Positions 50,785 to 63,026 of a stretch of 64,000 nucleotides of DNA are shown in pieces. Under the pieces are notes generated by a model that was not told the DNA's origin, searched no databases, and was given only the letters and a program-made list of their open reading frames with translations. The stretch's first letter is position 1. Every line of letters begins with the position of its first letter. Both the position numbers and the translations under genes were made by a program. Source of the stretch: Chiloscyllium plagiosum (Eukaryota). The stretch spans positions 17,302,893-17,366,892 of the forward strand of contig NC_057719.1 of assembly GCF_004010195.1 (NCBI RefSeq), written 5' to 3'.

Positions 50785-51987
50785 GGAGAAAGGGAGGAGT
50801 GCAGATGCTGGAGATCAGAGTCGAGGCGTGTGGTGCTGGAAAAGCACAGCAGGGCAGGCAGCATCCGAGGAGCAGGAGAATCAGGAATGAGGGGGTGGCA
50901 CAAGGGGGCTGTGAGAGAAATGGGAGGAGGAGTGAGCCTGGGGGAAGGTAGCTGGGATAACGATAGATTAGATTAGATTAGATTCCCTAACAGTTCACAC
51001 CGACCCTCCGAAGAGTAACCCACCCAGACCCTTTTCCCCTCTGACTAATGCACCTAACACTGGGCAATTTAGCATGGCCAATTCACCTGACTTGCACATA
51101 GAGTCATAGAGATGTACAGCATGGAAACAGACCCTTCGGTCCAACCCGTCCATGCCGACCGTGGGAGGAAACCGGAGCACCCGGAGGAAACCCATGCAAA
51201 CATGGGGAGAATGTGCAAACTCCACACTGAGGCTGGAATCGAACCTGGGACCCTGGTACTGTGAGGCAGCAGTGCTAACCACTGGGCCACTGAATTTGGG
51301 GGTGAAGATGATAGGTCAGAGAGGAGGGTGGAGCGGATAGGTAGAAGGAAGATGGACAGGTAGGACTGGTCAAGAGGGCGGTGCCGAGTTGGAAGGTTGG
51401 ATGTGGGATAAGGTGGGAGGCAGGGAGTTGTGGAAACTGGTGAAATCCGCATTGATCCCATGCAGTTGGAGAGTCCTAAGGCAGAAAATGAGGCGTTCTT
51501 CCTCCAGGCATCGAGTGATTATCATTTGGCAGTAGAGAAGTCATCACCTTCCTCCCCACCAACCCTTTAGAATCCTCATTTTCCATCTCACCAACCTCCA
51601 GACAGAAACCCCCCCGGTCCTCATCTTCCACCCCACCAACCTCTGGATACATTACCTCTGTCCAATGTCCCAAAGGATCCTTCCACATCTGACAGAGATT
51701 TACCTGCACTTCCACACACATCATTTATTGTGTTCAATGCTCCCAATCGTGTCCTCGACATTGGGGAGACAGGATGCCAACTTGCGGAACGTTTCAGGGA
51801 ACATCTCTGGGACATACGCACTAAACAACCCCACCGCCCTGTGGTCGAACACTTTAACTCCCCCTCCCACTCCACCAAGGCATGCAAGTTCTGGGCCTCC
51901 TCCACACCAGGAGGGTTCTGTCTGGAAGTTGGTGGGATGGAAGGTGAGGATTCTGAAGGTTGATGGGGAGGAAGGTGATGACTTCTC
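50785..51987. mobile_element. Penelope-like element relic: family A terminus, ORF C-terminus and inverted GIY-YIG segment
   Basis: Minus 51430-51520 TRCLEEERLIFCLRTLQLHGINADFTSF; plus 51655-51900 QRFTCTSTHIIYCVQCSQ/DIGETGCQLAERFREHLWDIRTKQPHRPVVEHFNSPSHS. Confidence 0.9.
50964..51293 (-). mobile_element. HE1-type SINE inside the PLE, itself carrying a CR1 tail (51098-51160)
   Basis: SINE sequence interrupted by catagagtcatagagatgtacagcatggaaacag...gccgacc. Confidence 0.85.
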
Positions 51988-52024
51988 AACAGGTGGATAG
52001 GTGGATAAAGTGATTAAGAAGATA

Positions 52025-52614
52025 CAGTAGAACCTTGATTATCCAAATAAGACAAACGAGGAGTATTTTGTTCAGATAATTGGTCGTTCGGATAACCAAT
52101 CTGATCATAAAGAAGAGGTAATTTGAGTGCCGGTTATCTGAACATGCCTCGGTTATCTGGCAATGCCCCTCCATAATGCCGATTAACTGATAACTGAATA
52201 CTGAATTGCCTAGTGACGTTTTTATGGCACCTTGAGATCTTCTTCGGATAATCCAGAATTTTGGATAACTGAGGTTTAGATTAGTTTTTTTTTAAGATTA
52301 GATTATATTACAGTGTGGAAACAGGCCCTTCGGCCCAACAAGTCCACACCAACCCACCAAAGCGTAACCCCCCCCCATACCTCTACATTTACCCCTTACC
52401 TAACACTACAGGCAATTTAGCATGGCCAATTCACCTGACCTGCACATCTTTGGACTGTGGGAGGAAACCGGAGCACCCGGAGGAAACCCACGCAGACACG
52501 GAGAGAATGTGCAAACTCCACACAGTCAGTCGCCTGAGGCGGGAAATGAACCCGGATCTCTGGCGTTGTGAGGCAGCAGTGCTAACCACTGTGCCACCGT
52601 GCCGCCCACGATTG
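52025..52614. mobile_element. Tigger-like MITE with SINE inserted in the right TIR
   Basis: TA|CAGTAGAACCTTGATTATCC...GGATAACTGAGGTT[SINE]ATTG|TA; internal ttcggataa repeats. Confidence 0.7.
52277..52607 (-). mobile_element. Full-length HE1-type V-SINE
   Basis: Closely similar to 25268-25580. Confidence 0.95.
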
Positions 52615-52619
52615 TAGTG

Positions 52620-53220
52620 TTTATGGGATACTTGACTTTATTAGTCGAGGCATAGAGTTTAAGAGCTGAGAGGTGATGCTGGAACTGTATAAAATGTTTG
52701 TTAGTACACAGCTAGAGTATTATGCGCAATTCTGGAATCCAAATTACAGGACGTTTGTGATAGAACTGGAAAGAGTACAGAGAAGGTATGCTTAGGCTGA
52801 AGAGTTTCAGATAAGATGTAAGATTTGTCAAACTGGGGTTGTTTTTTCTTAGAGTAGAGGAGATTGGGAGGAGGCATGATTGAGATGTACAAAGTAAAGA
52901 GAAGCATAGATAGGGTAGACTGAAAGAAACATTTTCCCCTTGGTGGAGGGATCAATGACATGGATTAAAGTAAGGGGCAGAAGGTTTGAACAAAATGTGA
53001 GGAGAAGTTCTTTTCATCTAGAGGGTGGTGGGAAAGTGGAATTCACTGCCTATATGGGAGGTAGAGGCAGAAATCCTCATAACATTGAGAAAGTATTCAG
53101 ATGTGCACTGGTGAGGCATACAAGGCTGTGGGCCAAGTGCTGGAAAATGGGATTACGATAGTCAGGGAGTCATTTTTAACCAGCATAGATTTCTCTGTGC
53201 TACAGACCTCCATGACTCTA
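52620..53220 (+). mobile_element. CR1 3' fragment, decayed
   Basis: ggcatagagtttaagagc...ctggaactgtataaaatg...; catgactct tail. Confidence 0.8.
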
Positions 53221-53869
53221 ACTTTACTTGTTAGAGTTCAGAGTTCTGAAAGAATACTTGCCGTCCCCAATCCCCACACTCCACACCCTCATCTCCACAA
53301 CATTCCCCAACCCATCACAAAACCCGTACACAATTTTTTAAAAAAAAAATCAAGCTTTTTTTTCTTTTTGTCAGAGTGAAACAACAGGTTAATACAGACC
53401 AGGCCAGTACAACACCTCGAGTTTTTCGTTTAATCACTGTTTTTCTCCCTGAATGTTTGCATAAATGTCTGATGAAGGTACCTGCAACAGTTGCTTCTTG
53501 ATTTATGGTAATGTTCAGAAATCATTCACATAATAAATCTTCCTTTTCAGGATACTGCATATCTCTTTGCAGTTTGATTTACCGGGCAAAGGAGGAAAGA
53601 TTGTTGCAGGAATTTTGGAGCTGAGCCAGGCTGCCCATCGGGGAATAGTTATGTGATTAGTACAACCTGACAGATTCAACAGTGTGACACCAAATAAGTG
53701 GAGTGTATTTCCTAGGATTCATACCAGCTCTCCCCCCCCAACCCACCACCTAACAGATGGGTGCTTTGTTTTTCCTGAACAAACATCAGACATGCATTGG
53801 AGCTGGTGTTGAATGTGTTATAGGCAGGTTTGTGTCAGTAACATAGAACTGTTGATCCAGGTAAAATAA

Positions 53870-54190
53870 TCAACATTCCCTCATCCTCTGAAATTCCTGC
53901 ATTCCTCTAATTCTGACCTCCTGCACACCCCCTAATTATAATCACTCCAATGATGGCTTTCAGCTGCCAAAGCCCTAAACTCGAATTCTCTTCCTAAACC
54001 TCTTCACCTGCCTCTCTACCTCTCTTTCTCTCATCCCTTAAGAAGTGCCTTCAAGGACTTTGACCAATCTTTTGATCATATATCCTTGTATATCTCTTTA
54101 TGTTTCATTATGAAGTAGTGTTTAATGACTCTCCAGTGATGGGAAGTTTTACTCGGTGCTATATAAATACACGGTTGTAGTTATTGTTGA
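53870..54190 (+). mobile_element. L2 3' end
   Basis: ttcagctgccaaagccctaaac...gtgctatataaatac..ttgt terminus. Confidence 0.6.
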
Positions 54191-54227
54191 AGGGAGAGAA
54201 TGAGAAGGGGACTCAGTTCACACTTCA

Positions 54228-54330
54228 GATCAGCTCTGATGAAGAGTTGTTTAGACTCAAAGCATCAGCTTGCTCTCTCTCTATGGATGCTGCCTAACCT
54301 GCTGTGATCTCCAGCATTTTATGTTTTCAA
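54228..54330 (+). mobile_element. Family C-related PLE fragment with decayed hammerhead
   Basis: GCT-CTGATGA-a-GAGTT-gttta-GACTC-aaag-ca-TC-AGC. Confidence 0.7.
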
Positions 54331-54985
54331 TCAATGCAAAGGATCTGAAAGGAAGGTATCCCTTGTTTAATCTTAATAATAGCAGTGATAAATGCATGGT
54401 TGCAAATCATGTAACCACAGAATGTGATGCATCATGCTTTCGATCTAAATATTTGTCATTTTCCAAGACGTTGCATGTCTTTTGGGTGAGGTGGAGACAC
54501 TGTGATGCACAGAAGTGTGGGACAGACCCAAAGAATTATGGTCATGTTGAGCGCTGCTCTTACAATTCAACGCAAATACAATTTTGGAGGCAGAAACCTG
54601 GTGCTGGATTTTCACTTTTGAGGGCAGGAAACAGAGGGCAATATTTTGTTTTGCTACCAATCCAGATCCACCAGAGTGGGGTGGAAGTAGTGAGTTTTGG
54701 ATTTAAGGATGGTGTGTAGGAATTTAAATATCCAGAGGCCAATCAGAGGACTTTAAGCTTTGAGAAGCAGTAGGTTTTAATTAAAGGCAAGTAAGAGAGA
54801 GGATTCATCAAAAATATTGTTAAATCTCTAATTTAAAAAAAAATGTCTCACTCAGATCCCCACTGAGTGTGCATTTTGGAAAGATGTTGGTGGAGTTGGG
54901 GTTAAAGTGGGGTCTCTCACTGCAAGGCATTGGCCACAGAGTCACAGAGCTTTCACAGCATGGGAACAGGTCATTCAGCCCATCA

Positions 54986-55354
54986 CGGCACGGTGGCTCA
55001 ATGGTTAGCACTGCTGCTTCATTGCAGAGACCCGGGTTCGATTCCACCCTCAGATGGATGTCTGTGTGGAGTTTGTGTGTTCTTCCCATGTCTACATGGG
55101 TTTCCTTTGGGTGCTCCAGTTTTCTCCCATTTTCTCTAGTTTTCATCGTAGTCCAAAGATGATCAGGTTAAGTCGATTGGTCATGCTAAATTGCCCACGG
55201 TGTCCATGGATGTGCAGGCTAGATGGAGTAGCATTGGGAAATGCAGGGTGACAGGGTAGGGGGTAGATCTGGATGGGATGCTGTTCAGAGGGTCGTTGTG
55301 GTCTCAATGAGCTGATTGGCCTGCTTTCACATTGTAGCAACTTTATGATTCTAT
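54986..55354 (+). mobile_element. HE1-type V-SINE variant
   Basis: ggcacggtggctcaatgg head, GGTTCGATTCC B box, V-domain. Confidence 0.85.
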
Positions 55355-55499
55355 GTCCATGCTGCTCATCAAGCATCTATCTACTCTGATCCCATTTTCC
55401 AGCACTTGGAACAAACCTCATATGTTACTGTGTTCTAAGTGCTCATCTAAATACCTCCTTTTATCTCTTGAGTGTTCCTGCCTCCATCAGCCTTTTAGG

Positions 55500-56756
55500 T
55501 AATCATGTCTCACAAACTTGATTGAGTTTTTTGAAGAAATAACAAAGAGGATTGATGAGGGCAGAGCGGTAGACGTGATCTATATGGACTTCACTAAGGC
55601 GTTTGACAAGATTCCCCATGGGAGACTGGTTAGCAAGGTTGGATCTCATGATCAGGAGGACTCGCTATTTGGATATAGAACTAGCTCAAAGGTAGAAGTC
55701 AGAGGGTGGTGCTGGAGGGTTTCTTTTCAGACTGGAGGCCAATGACCAGAAGTGTGCCGCAAGGATCGGTGCTGGGTCCACTACGTTTCATCATTTATAT
55801 AAATGATTTTGGATGTGAGCTTAAGAGATATAGTTACTAAGTTTGCAGATGATACCAAAATTGGAGGTGTAGTGGACAGTGAAGAAGTTTACCTCGGCTT
55901 ACAATGGGATCTTGATCAGATGAGCCAATGGGCTGAGGAGTGGCAAATGGAATTTAATTTAGATAAATGCAAGGTGCTGCATTTTGGGAAAGCAAATCTT
56001 AAGAGGATTTATACACTTAATGGTAAGGTCCTAGGGCATGTTTTTGAACAAAGAGACCTTGGACTGCAGGTTCATGTCTTCTTGAAAGTGGAGTCGCAGG
56101 TAGATAGGATAGTGAAGAAGGTGTTTGGTATGCTTTCCTTTATTGGTCAGAGTATTGTGTACACGAGTTGGGAGGTCATGTTGTGGCTGTACAGGAAATT
56201 GGTTAGGCCACTGCTGGAATATTTTGTGCAATTCTGGTCTCCTTCCTATTGGAATGATGTTGGGAAATTTGAAAAGGTTCAGAAAAATTTACAAGGATGT
56301 TGCCAGGGTTGGAGGATTTGAGCTATAGGGAGAGGTTGAATTAGCTCTGGCTGTTTTCCCTGGAGTGTCGGAGGGGTGACCTTTATAGAGGTTTACAAAA
56401 TCATGAGGAGCATGGATAGGGTAAATAGGCAAAGAGTTTTCCCTGGAGTGGGGGAGTCCAGAACTAGAGGGCATAGGTTTAGGGTGAGAGGGGAAAGATA
56501 TAAAAGAGACCTAAGGGCCAACTTTTTCACGCAGAGGGTGGTGCATGTATGGAATGAGCTGCCAGAGGAAGTAACGGAGGCTGATTCAATTGCAAAATTT
56601 AAAAGGCATCTGGATGGGTATACGAATAGGAAGGGTTTGTAGGGATATGGGCCGGGTGCTGGCAGGTGGGACTAGATTGGGTTGGGATATCTGGTCGACA
56701 TGGACGAGTTGGACTGAAGGATCTGTTTTCGTGTTGAACATCTCTATGACTCTGAC
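55500..56756 (+). mobile_element. CR1/HER1 LINE RT to 3' end
   Basis: IEFFEEITKRIDEGRAVDVIYMDFTKAFDKIPH, KFADDTKIGG and WNELPEEV. Confidence 0.95.
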
Positions 56757-56924
56757 TCTCTAGGTGAAAGGTTTTCTCCACTTCCCTCTAAATCTTCTGC
56801 TCGTCATCTTAAAACTGTGATCCCTGGTTTTAGACCCATCTACTAAGGAGAAAAGATCCTATCTACATTATTAATGTTCACCAGAACCTTGTGCAATCTG
56901 CCGTCTCCCATCTCAGTCTTGGAG

Positions 56925-57715
56925 AGTCATAGAAGTTTAAAGCATGGAAACAGTCCCTCATTCCCAAGTCATCCATGCTGCCCAGTTTTCACAACTATAC
57001 TCGTCCCATTTGCCTGTGGATGCTGCCTGACCAGCTGTGCTTTTCCAGCACCACACCTTTCAACCCATATCAGTCCATACCTATCCCATCCATGTCCCTG
57101 TCCAAATGTTTCTTAAATGATGAAATTGTACTCGCTTCCACCAATACCTCTGGTAGCCTGTTCCAGACACTCACCACTCTCTGTGAAAATGTTGCCCCTC
57201 TCGACCCTTTTGTATCTCTCCCCTCTCACTTTAAACCTATGCCCTCTATAGTTTTGGACTCCCCTACCACCAGGAAAAGTAGTTGGCTATCTACTTTATC
57301 TATGCCTGTCATTTTATAGATGTCGAAGAGTGTGGTGCTGGAAAAGCACAGCTGGTTAGGCAGCATCCCAGGCACAGAAGAGTTGAGTGTAGGCCCTTCA
57401 TCAGGAATGAGGCTTGTGGGCCAAGGGGGCTGTGAGATAAATTGGAGTGGAGGTGGGGCTTGCGGGGAAGGTAGCTGGGAATGCAATAGGTCCATGAAGG
57501 TGGGATCTCTTGTCTGCTCCAAGGCAAACAACCCTGAGGTGTGTAGTGTCTCTACATAGCTGAATCAATCCACCCAAAGCAACATCCTGGTTAATCTCCT
57601 CTGCACTCCATCCAGTACAAACACATCCTTCCTACAGTGTGGTGATCAGAATAATTCAGCTGTGGCCTAACTTGTGCTATAAACAGCTTCATTGTAACCT
57701 CCCTACTCTTGTTTT
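56925..57715 (-). mobile_element. CR1 3' fragment with two family A PLE inserts (57016-57057 and 57322-57505)
   Basis: CR1 tail reverse complement interrupted by ggatgctgcctgacc.. and gagtgtggtgctggaaaagc.. Confidence 0.8.
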
Positions 57716-58189
57716 CATTGCTTGGAGTCAGACTGGGCTCTTAATAAGCAGCTACTCACCACTTGTCCCTGATCCACCTCCATAAACATGCTCCGTGGGG
57801 CAGAGGAAACCAGAATGCCGGCCCACAAAGTTATCCTGAGGCCCCATCTGCCTCCAAAAATTCTACCTTTGGTGTCAGTGAAAACTTTGGTACCTGACAT
57901 AGCTCAATGATAAATAAACCCCTTGTCCCAGCTGTAGAAGGGGCCTCACCCTCCACTGTTAGTGCAGTATGTGGTGGTTTGAAAAGCTAAATATTTTGTG
58001 ACCAGTTGGTTCCCTGCATTGTGATTGCAGCACAGCATCCAATTCCTTAATAATATTTTGATACTTGACTCCTCTTAATTTCAGTTAAAACAAACATCAA
58101 AACAGCCAGTTTCAGTACTGAGGTCACTGCCCTCCACCAGATTAGTTGTAAAAACCCAGAGAGTGAAAAAGAAAGAGATTTGATTCAGA

Positions 58190-58312
58190 GGTGTATGTGT
58201 GACCGTGTGAGTGTGTATGTGTGCGTTTGTGCATGTGTTTGCGTGCGTATGTGTGTCTCTATGTGCTTGTATGTGTTTGTGTGCAGACTCACGTGTGTAT
58301 GCGTGTGTGTGT
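58190..58312. repeat. Degenerate (GT)n microsatellite
   Basis: gtgtatgtgtgcgtttgtgc... Confidence 0.85.
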
Positions 58313-58445
58313 AGTTTTGAATTTATTAATTCTGTACCCTGCCAAGGGCAGTATTTATTACCCATTTTTTTGGTCCCTCGTGGCCATAAGAAGGTGAAGA
58401 TGAGCCAATCGTTTTAAACCACTGCAATCCTTTTGAGTGTGGCAT

Positions 58446-59005
58446 CATAGAGTCATAGAGCATGGAAACGATTCCTTCAGTCCAACCAGTCCACATTGAT
58501 CATGTTCCCAAACTAAAATAGTGACCTGCCTGCACTTGGCCCATGTCCCTCCAAACCCTTCCTATTCATGTACTTATCTATCTTTTAAATATTGTAATGG
58601 TACCTGTATCCAACACTTCCTCTGGCAGTTCATTCCACACATGACCCACTCTGTGTAAAAAAAATTAAAAAAAAGAAGTTGCCCCTGGTATCCTTTTTAA
58701 ACCATCCACTCATCTTAAAAATATACCTCCTAGTTTTGAACTCCCCCACCAGAGGGAAAAGACCTTTTACTATTCATCTTATCTATGCCCCTCATGATTT
58801 TGTAAAACCTTAATAGGGTCACACCTCAAACTCCTACGCTCCAGTGAAAAAAGTCCCAATCTTTCAGTCTATTTTTTAATATCTCAAAATGTTCTGTTCC
58901 CAGCAACATCCTGATAAATCTTTTCTGAACCCTGTCCAGTTTAATAGGCAACCAGAGCACATTACACAGTACTCCAGAAGAGGCATGAGCAATGTCCTGT
59001 CCAAC
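58446..59005 (-). mobile_element. CR1/HER1 3' fragment
   Basis: catagagtcatagag tail; KLDRVQKRFIRMLLG. Confidence 0.85.
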
Positions 59006-59227
59006 GTGTCGATGCACCCACATGCTGTTAGGAAGAAGGTTCCAAGATTTTAATCCAGTGACTGTGAAGAAATGACACCAGGATGTGTATGTTCTTGTCA
59101 GTCTTAGCATCTTAGGTCAATGCTAGGTAGTGCGTCTAATTTCATTCCTTTTCTTAGACTTTGTAGCATTGTTACAATGACTGGTGAGTGTCTTTCTGGG
59201 CCATTTCAGAAGACATTTAAAACATGG

Positions 59228-59473
59228 AAAAAGTGAGGACTGCAGATGCTGGAAATCAGAGTTTACATCAGAGTGGTGCTGGAAAAGCACGGCAGGTCAG
59301 GCAGCATCCGAGGAGCAGGAAAATCGATGTTTCGGTCAAAAGCCCTTCATCAGGAATGAATCATTCGGGCAAAAGCCCTTCAATCCTGATGAAAGGCTTT
59401 TGCCCGAAACGTCGATTTTCCTGCACGTCAGATGCTACCTGACCTGCTGTGCTTTTTCCAGCACCACTCTCAC
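59228..59473. mobile_element. Inverted pair of family A PLE repeats with hammerheads (59322-59357 minus, 59382-59417 plus)
   Basis: ttaaaacatgg / ttaaagcatgg flanks at 59217-59227 and 59474-59484. Confidence 0.85.
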
Positions 59474-60409
59474 TTAAAGCATGGCGACAATGCAAGTGTG
59501 TGCCTGCATGTGTCTGGAATCATATCAATAAGGATGGGATCATGGAAACAGAATCAGATGTGGCTACCCACCCCCAACCAAACATTAGAAAACAGCTTGT
59601 TGACAGTCACTGTCTGGACATAGGCAACAAACAGGCCAAAAATTGCTAGCTGTTGCCTGATGGAATAGAAGGAAGAAGCAGAGAGTCATAGTGGCTGGTG
59701 GGGTCAAAAGGACTTCAATCATTTTTTCCTCTGGGCAGAAAACTCTCAGTTCCACTCAAAATCAGCTGAAGCAATTTACAAAAATCGAACTTAAAGGAAA
59801 GATTGTGTTCAAGAATTGCTTTGAAAGTACTCCTGTAAGGGAGTTGAATCACCTGAACTTAGCAGAAGCAATACAATGTCGGGCTGATGTGAAAAGATAG
59901 ATGACTCATAAATGCCGTTTCATGTGAGAAAGTGTCTGGTCAATCACATTCAGAGCTTTGGCAACAATTCTACATCAAAATGACAATTGACTGCACTCTC
60001 TTGAATCGAACTGAGCATCTCTCATTCAGCTTAGTATTGTCAGCCAATATCATAATCATCTCCATAGGACTCAAGCCAAATGTTGCCAGCGGGTCAGATT
60101 TGATAGCAGTGCATAGTGAGTAAAACTGTACTCAGGGATTTTCAAAACTTGCCTTCTTTCCTGAACCTTTGGGCTTGGAAAAACAAAAACAGATGCCAGC
60201 ATGACAGACACAAAGTGGGAAGCCATGGACCTGAACCTTTCCATCTCCTGGTGGCAGCCACGGCATCAGGAGGAAGCAGTGCTGGGTGGGTCAGAAATAA
60301 TAGAGATCCTGCCATTCAAGCCCATAGCAGCCTAGCTGTGAGTTGCACAATGAGTAGCATCTTTGCTTCTGACACCCTGGAGACCTAAGCACAATAAACA
60401 GGTTAATAT

Positions 60410-60735
60410 TGCAATGCAGCACTCAGGGAGTACTGCACTGTTGGAGGTGTTATCTTTTTGATGAGAAGTTCAACTAGAACCTCATTTACCCTGACATGTG
60501 AATGTAAACAATCCCAATGCAGAATTTTAAAGCAATTTTCTCTCTGGCAGATATTTGTCCCTGAAGCAGGATCATGGAAACAGGTGACATTGTTTCTTAT
60601 CGTCTTTGTTGTTTGTGGGATCTCACTGTGCACAAATTGTCTGCTACAGTTTCCACATTACAAACATCACTACAGTTCAAAAATGCCTCCTGGGGTCATG
60701 AAATCTGCTGTACGACTGTAAGTCTTTCTTTCCTG
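60410..60735 (+). mobile_element. Deu-domain SINE (SacSINE1/AmnSINE1-like)
   Basis: agggagtactgcactgttggaggtgttatctttttgatgagaagtt...gttgtttgtgggatctcactgtgcacaaattg...cattaca. Confidence 0.7.
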
Positions 60736-61379
60736 TTCTCCTGCAGTTCGAATTGTTTTTCAAAGCACTTGACAGAGTCAGGCAGTAAATCCAACAAATA
60801 CGACTCCAATGAGTAAATCACTCCAAATGAGAAAGACAGCTCATATTTCTAGACCTGACCAATACTCCTTTTCTTCTTGCTAGTTGCCTGCTGGTACTGA
60901 GTTACTCCCTGCAGCAATATTGACAGAGGGGTCAGGGGACACTTCGTAGCCTCCACTGTGTTTCTCTCCCCGCCCCCCCCAACTTCGTAGGGGTCAAAGC
61001 TAAGCATGGAGAGGCAGGACTGTATGGGGTAACGGTGGTGAACAATCCAGGCAGCAATAATGTAATTCATTCTAAAGTAGCTAAAAGCTTTTCAGTATAG
61101 AATCTAATATGTCACAGAGGGCCAGGTGAGATATACGAATGAGCTTGTGATTTAATTCTCAAAGTGCAAAGTGTGATGACTTTCTTTTAAGTGTTTTATT
61201 GCATCTTGAAGTGAATCCTAAGAACCGAAAAGGTTGAATCAAAATCCAACTAGTTGTACCCCAGTGAAGTTTGTATTTCATTTCAAGTCCATGTGGAGCC
61301 AGGGAAGGAAAGAGATCTGTTTAAAAATAATGAGGAAAGATTTATGGTTGTTTATGATCAGTCACCATTATTCAAAACT

Positions 61380-61510
61380 GATGTTCTGAAGAAGGGTCAC
61401 TGGACTCAAAACCCCATCTCTACTTTCTCTCCACAGATGCTGTCAGACCTGCTGAGTTTCTCCAGTAATTTCTGTTTGTCTCAGATTTCCAGCATCCATT
61501 ATTCTTGTTT
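61380..61510 (+). mobile_element. Family C PLE terminus with decayed hammerhead
   Basis: gtt-CTGAAGA-a-GGGTC-actg-GACTC-aaaa. Confidence 0.75.
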
Positions 61511-61714
61511 CATTCTCCTGTTCATGATGTTTACTTTGGCTAAAAATGGTAGTTGAGGGGAGAGTGTTGATGTATGAGAGGGTTTAAAAGTGTCTTTCCT
61601 TTCAAACATATTTCCCAAAGTTTCACTTTCTGAGGTTTGCTTGCAATGCAAGCTTCAGTGGAGCTTCTGTCAGAAATATGGTGAGGCGAGATTGTTTGTC
61701 TTGATGAGGTAATC

Positions 61715-62270
61715 ACAGAACAAGACTATTCAGCCCATTGTTCTATACTGAGTGCCAATCCCCTGCCTTTCCCCTATATCCCCTTCTATCCAAATAATCA
61801 TTCAATGCCCTTTTGAATGCCTCAATTGAACCTGCCTCCACTTTATTTCCAGGCTGTGCATTCAGGACCCAAACTATTTGTTGTGTGAAAAAATTTTACC
61901 TTACATCACCTTTGCTTAATATGCACATCACTTTAAATCTCTGCCCTCTTACTTACTTACTTGTATGATTGGGAACTGCTTGTCCCTATCTTCTCTATCA
62001 AGCCTACTCATGATTTTGAAAACCCCAATCAAATCTCTGCTCAGCGTTCTTCTCTCCAAGAGCAGTCACAGCTCCTTCAATCTGTTCTTAAAACTGAAGT
62101 CACTCAGTTTGGGAACAATTCTTGCAAATTACTTGTACACTTTCTCCAATGCATTCACATCTGTCCTGTAATGTGGCAGCCACACCTGTGCAAGATACCC
62201 CAGCTGAGGTTTAACAAGTGAGTGAAACAAGTTCACTTTCTTGTTCTTGCAGTCTATGACCCTATTAAAC
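61715..62270 (-). mobile_element. CR1 3' fragment; appears to resume at 63028-63167
   Basis: tcaattgaacctgcctccac...ccctattaaa, then tcctgccaccttcaat...ccaaagtgcatc. Confidence 0.75.
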
Positions 62271-62338
62271 AGGTGTGAATACTTTAAGGCCATAAGACCA
62301 TAAGACTATGTTATGCTTCGTTGATGTAAAGGGAGAAC

Positions 62339-63026
62339 AAAGTTAAAAATCACACACCCACACAGGTCCTCTTTCATACCTGTGATCTCTCTCAGATACA
62401 CACACACCCATACTCACGTGTACACCCTCTCACAGGCGTATACTATCCATCACACATGCATGTGCGCACACACACGTGCATTCACACACTCTCACTCTCA
62501 CTCTCACTCTCACTCACACACCACACACACGCGCACACACACACACACAAAGTGTATGGGGTGAATTTGTATTTGCAGATGTATTGTATTCTATTTTGTT
62601 CAAAAAGCACACAATATGTAGGCAGTCAGTCCAGGTGACATTTTAAAAATTCCTACTTTTAGAAATAGAACAGGTCTGACTGAAGGTTGGAAGACAGACA
62701 GACTCTAACCCTGCACCATTAATGCATTGTCTGAGCTAAGATGTCACCTTTTTTTATATAAAGCCTTAAGTTATCTCAGGATTGTGACTTGAAAGAAGTT
62801 CTGGGATTTACATATCGAAACCTGTAACCTATCTAAAGATTTAACAGCTATGTAGGTTTGTTCATTGCATCGCATCAGTTGTATGGCACTTTAATTTTTT
62901 ATTATGAACTTTGTGTCCTATAATCCTGTCCCATTAGCTACCTGACGAAGAAGCAGCACTCCGAAAGCTTGTACTTCCAATTAAACCTGTTGGACTATAA
63001 CCTGGTGTTGTGTGATTATTAACTTT
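62339..63026 (+). mobile_element. Long family B PLE 3' segment with internal (CA)/(CTCACT) tract and hammerhead at 62939-62973
   Basis: TAC-CTGACGA-agaagcagcactcc-GAAA-gc-TT-GTA; 18-bp inverted ends aaagttaaaaatcacaca / tgtgtgattattaacttt. Confidence 0.75.

Noticed and set aside
53550..53660. Strong acceptor cttccttttcag|G with a short frame
   Set aside because: No matching donor or recognisable peptide
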